The notes below the pieces were generated by a model that was given only the letters and a program-made list of their open reading frames with translations, did no database searches and had not been told where the DNA came from. DNA of 64,000 bases, taken from Lama glama (lineage: Eukaryota). The translations under genes and the position numbers were made by a program. Shown here one piece after another: positions 62,561 to 64,000 of this stretch. Positions within the stretch are counted from its first letter, which is position 1. The number at the start of each line of letters is the position of its first letter. The DNA is taken from the NCBI GenBank assembly GCA_028534125.1, contig CM052818.1, positions 36,954,001 through 37,018,000 on the forward strand, read 5' to 3'.

Positions 62561-64000
62561 CACCAAGCTTAACCCCTGCGCCTAACGGATGAAGTCACTA
62601 AAGCTCAAAGAGATGGTTTAGCCTTGCAATGCACCAGGCACCCAGGAAATGTCCAACAAATAAATCCAGCTCAGTGAAATTCTAACTAACAGTTGGAAGA
62701 GTTAAACGAAAGCAGCCAGAGGGGCGCTATGGCTGTGGGCTTCTGCCTTCCGTGGAAAGCAAGAGGATGTTTGCTCTGCCCTCAGTGTTTCCTACTTTTG
62801 GGAGCTGGCTTGTTTCCTTCTGGGCCCTCATTGCCATTTGCACAGCATAACCCAGGTTGGGATGCGCCCACAGGAAGGGATTCTTCGGTTCTCATGCAGG
62901 AAGGGATGTGGCATTGATCTATCTGTAATTCTAAGCTCAATGTGTTTCCCTTAAATTTTTAGAAAAACCAAAGATACTCTGCAAGTGCAACAGAGCTTCC
63001 AATTAGGCATTTAAGCTCCCTATTTCTATCTCCCTAATGACTTGACTTGCTCTCTTGCTTTATGAAATGAAAATAGCTTTATTTGGGCACGAGGGTGCAG
63101 CTGATTGCATGCTTAATATGCTTGTGCACCAAGCTCCTGCCTGTGTCTAGCATGTGCAGGGGGCAAAATAACACATTTCCATGTTTATTTCTCCTAAGTA
63201 TCCTTGGCCGTTTGCTCCAGTCCCATAACTGAGGGTGGTGCAGTCTTGGTAGAAATGTCCAGAAGGCAGGTGTTTAAGTCTCCAGAAGGAAAAGGGTCCT
63301 TGAAGGGAGAGCATTGGCCTCAGGGCCCTGTCTAGTGGGGAGGGTATGGAGTTGTGGACTTATCAAGTGCTGAGAGGTGGAGAGCAGAGATGGGGCTGGT
63401 GCAAATGGTGCAGAAGAGCTGAAACACAGATACAGAGGACAAAAGAAAGATACTGGAAGGACATGAGCTGAGTTTTAAGAAATAGCCGGGATGATGAATC
63501 AGGTTCCGCAAAGGTGTAGGGCTAGGGGTTAAATAGTTCTTTCTTCACTGGGGAAACAGACCTACAAAGAAAAGATACGCCCACTTCCAAATCTGTCTGG
63601 TTGAATACTGTGCAGAGTCAGACCCCCAGGTTCTGGAAAGCCAAAGGTCATCTTGTCTTTGGCTTTCGGGTTTGCAGAAAACATTGACTCAACTATAGCC
63701 CTGAGAGTTGTTCACGTATCTGGGCAGCACTTCTGAAAACCACTTCAGAAGACGTCCGGTGCTCTCCTCTCTGCCCAGATCTTGCCCTTCCTTCGAGCTC
63801 TGTGCAAGCCCAGTGCCTTCTGAGGACATCCCGGCCAGCGCTCTGTGTACCTGTTCATGCCCTCAGCCTGCACAGTGTCTCCCGTGCATGCGTTAGGTCA
63901 TGCGCTTTTCTTCCCTGGCCCCCATGGCGAACAGCAGGGCCCAGGCCAATGTTCCCAGAAGGCTAGTCAATTTACAGACAGGAAGTGGAGTGTGGTCCTG

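Noticed and set aside
62712..62730. CTCF-like motif gcagccagaggggcgcta, and similar ones near 23443, 37843 and 56155
   Set aside because: Each needs an indel or core mismatches to fit the CTCF consensus; not supportable without PWM scoring
1..64000. The many 60-190 aa ORFs in the six-frame track as protein-coding genes
   Set aside because: They overlap in all frames, are rich in Ser/Pro/Leu/Cys/Arg as expected for random ORFs, often lie in repeats, and show no recognisable domain except L1 ORF2 remnants

Overview
This is non-coding placental-mammal genomic DNA, most likely a camelid or other cetartiodactyl, judged from the young L1 3' ends and the absence of recognisable Alu, B1, BovB/Bov-tA, PRE1 or SINEC elements. 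I found no protein-coding exon, RNA gene or CRISPR array that the sequence supports. The only ORF-track entries with recognisable homology are decayed LINE-1 ORF2 pieces. The window is a mosaic of ancient eutherian repeats: MIR, L2, L1M, MaLR/ERVL/ERV1 solo LTRs, and hAT and TcMar MER elements, several of them nested. It also holds three younger 5'-truncated L1 insertions, microsatellites, a 500-N assembly gap, and two CpG-rich patches (~23.7-24.0 kb and ~60.1-60.6 kb) that may be regulatory. All recognisable L1 pieces lie on the minus strand, which suggests a large intron of an unidentified plus-strand gene. The best observations are structural: the gap lies inside a TSD-flanked young L1, a MER20B carries an ancient internal tandem duplication, and a 42-bp segment is copied locally inside an L1. 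I see no evidence for a novel biological system. Repeat family names come from recalled consensus sequences, not a database search, and boundaries are approximate unless a TSD is quoted.
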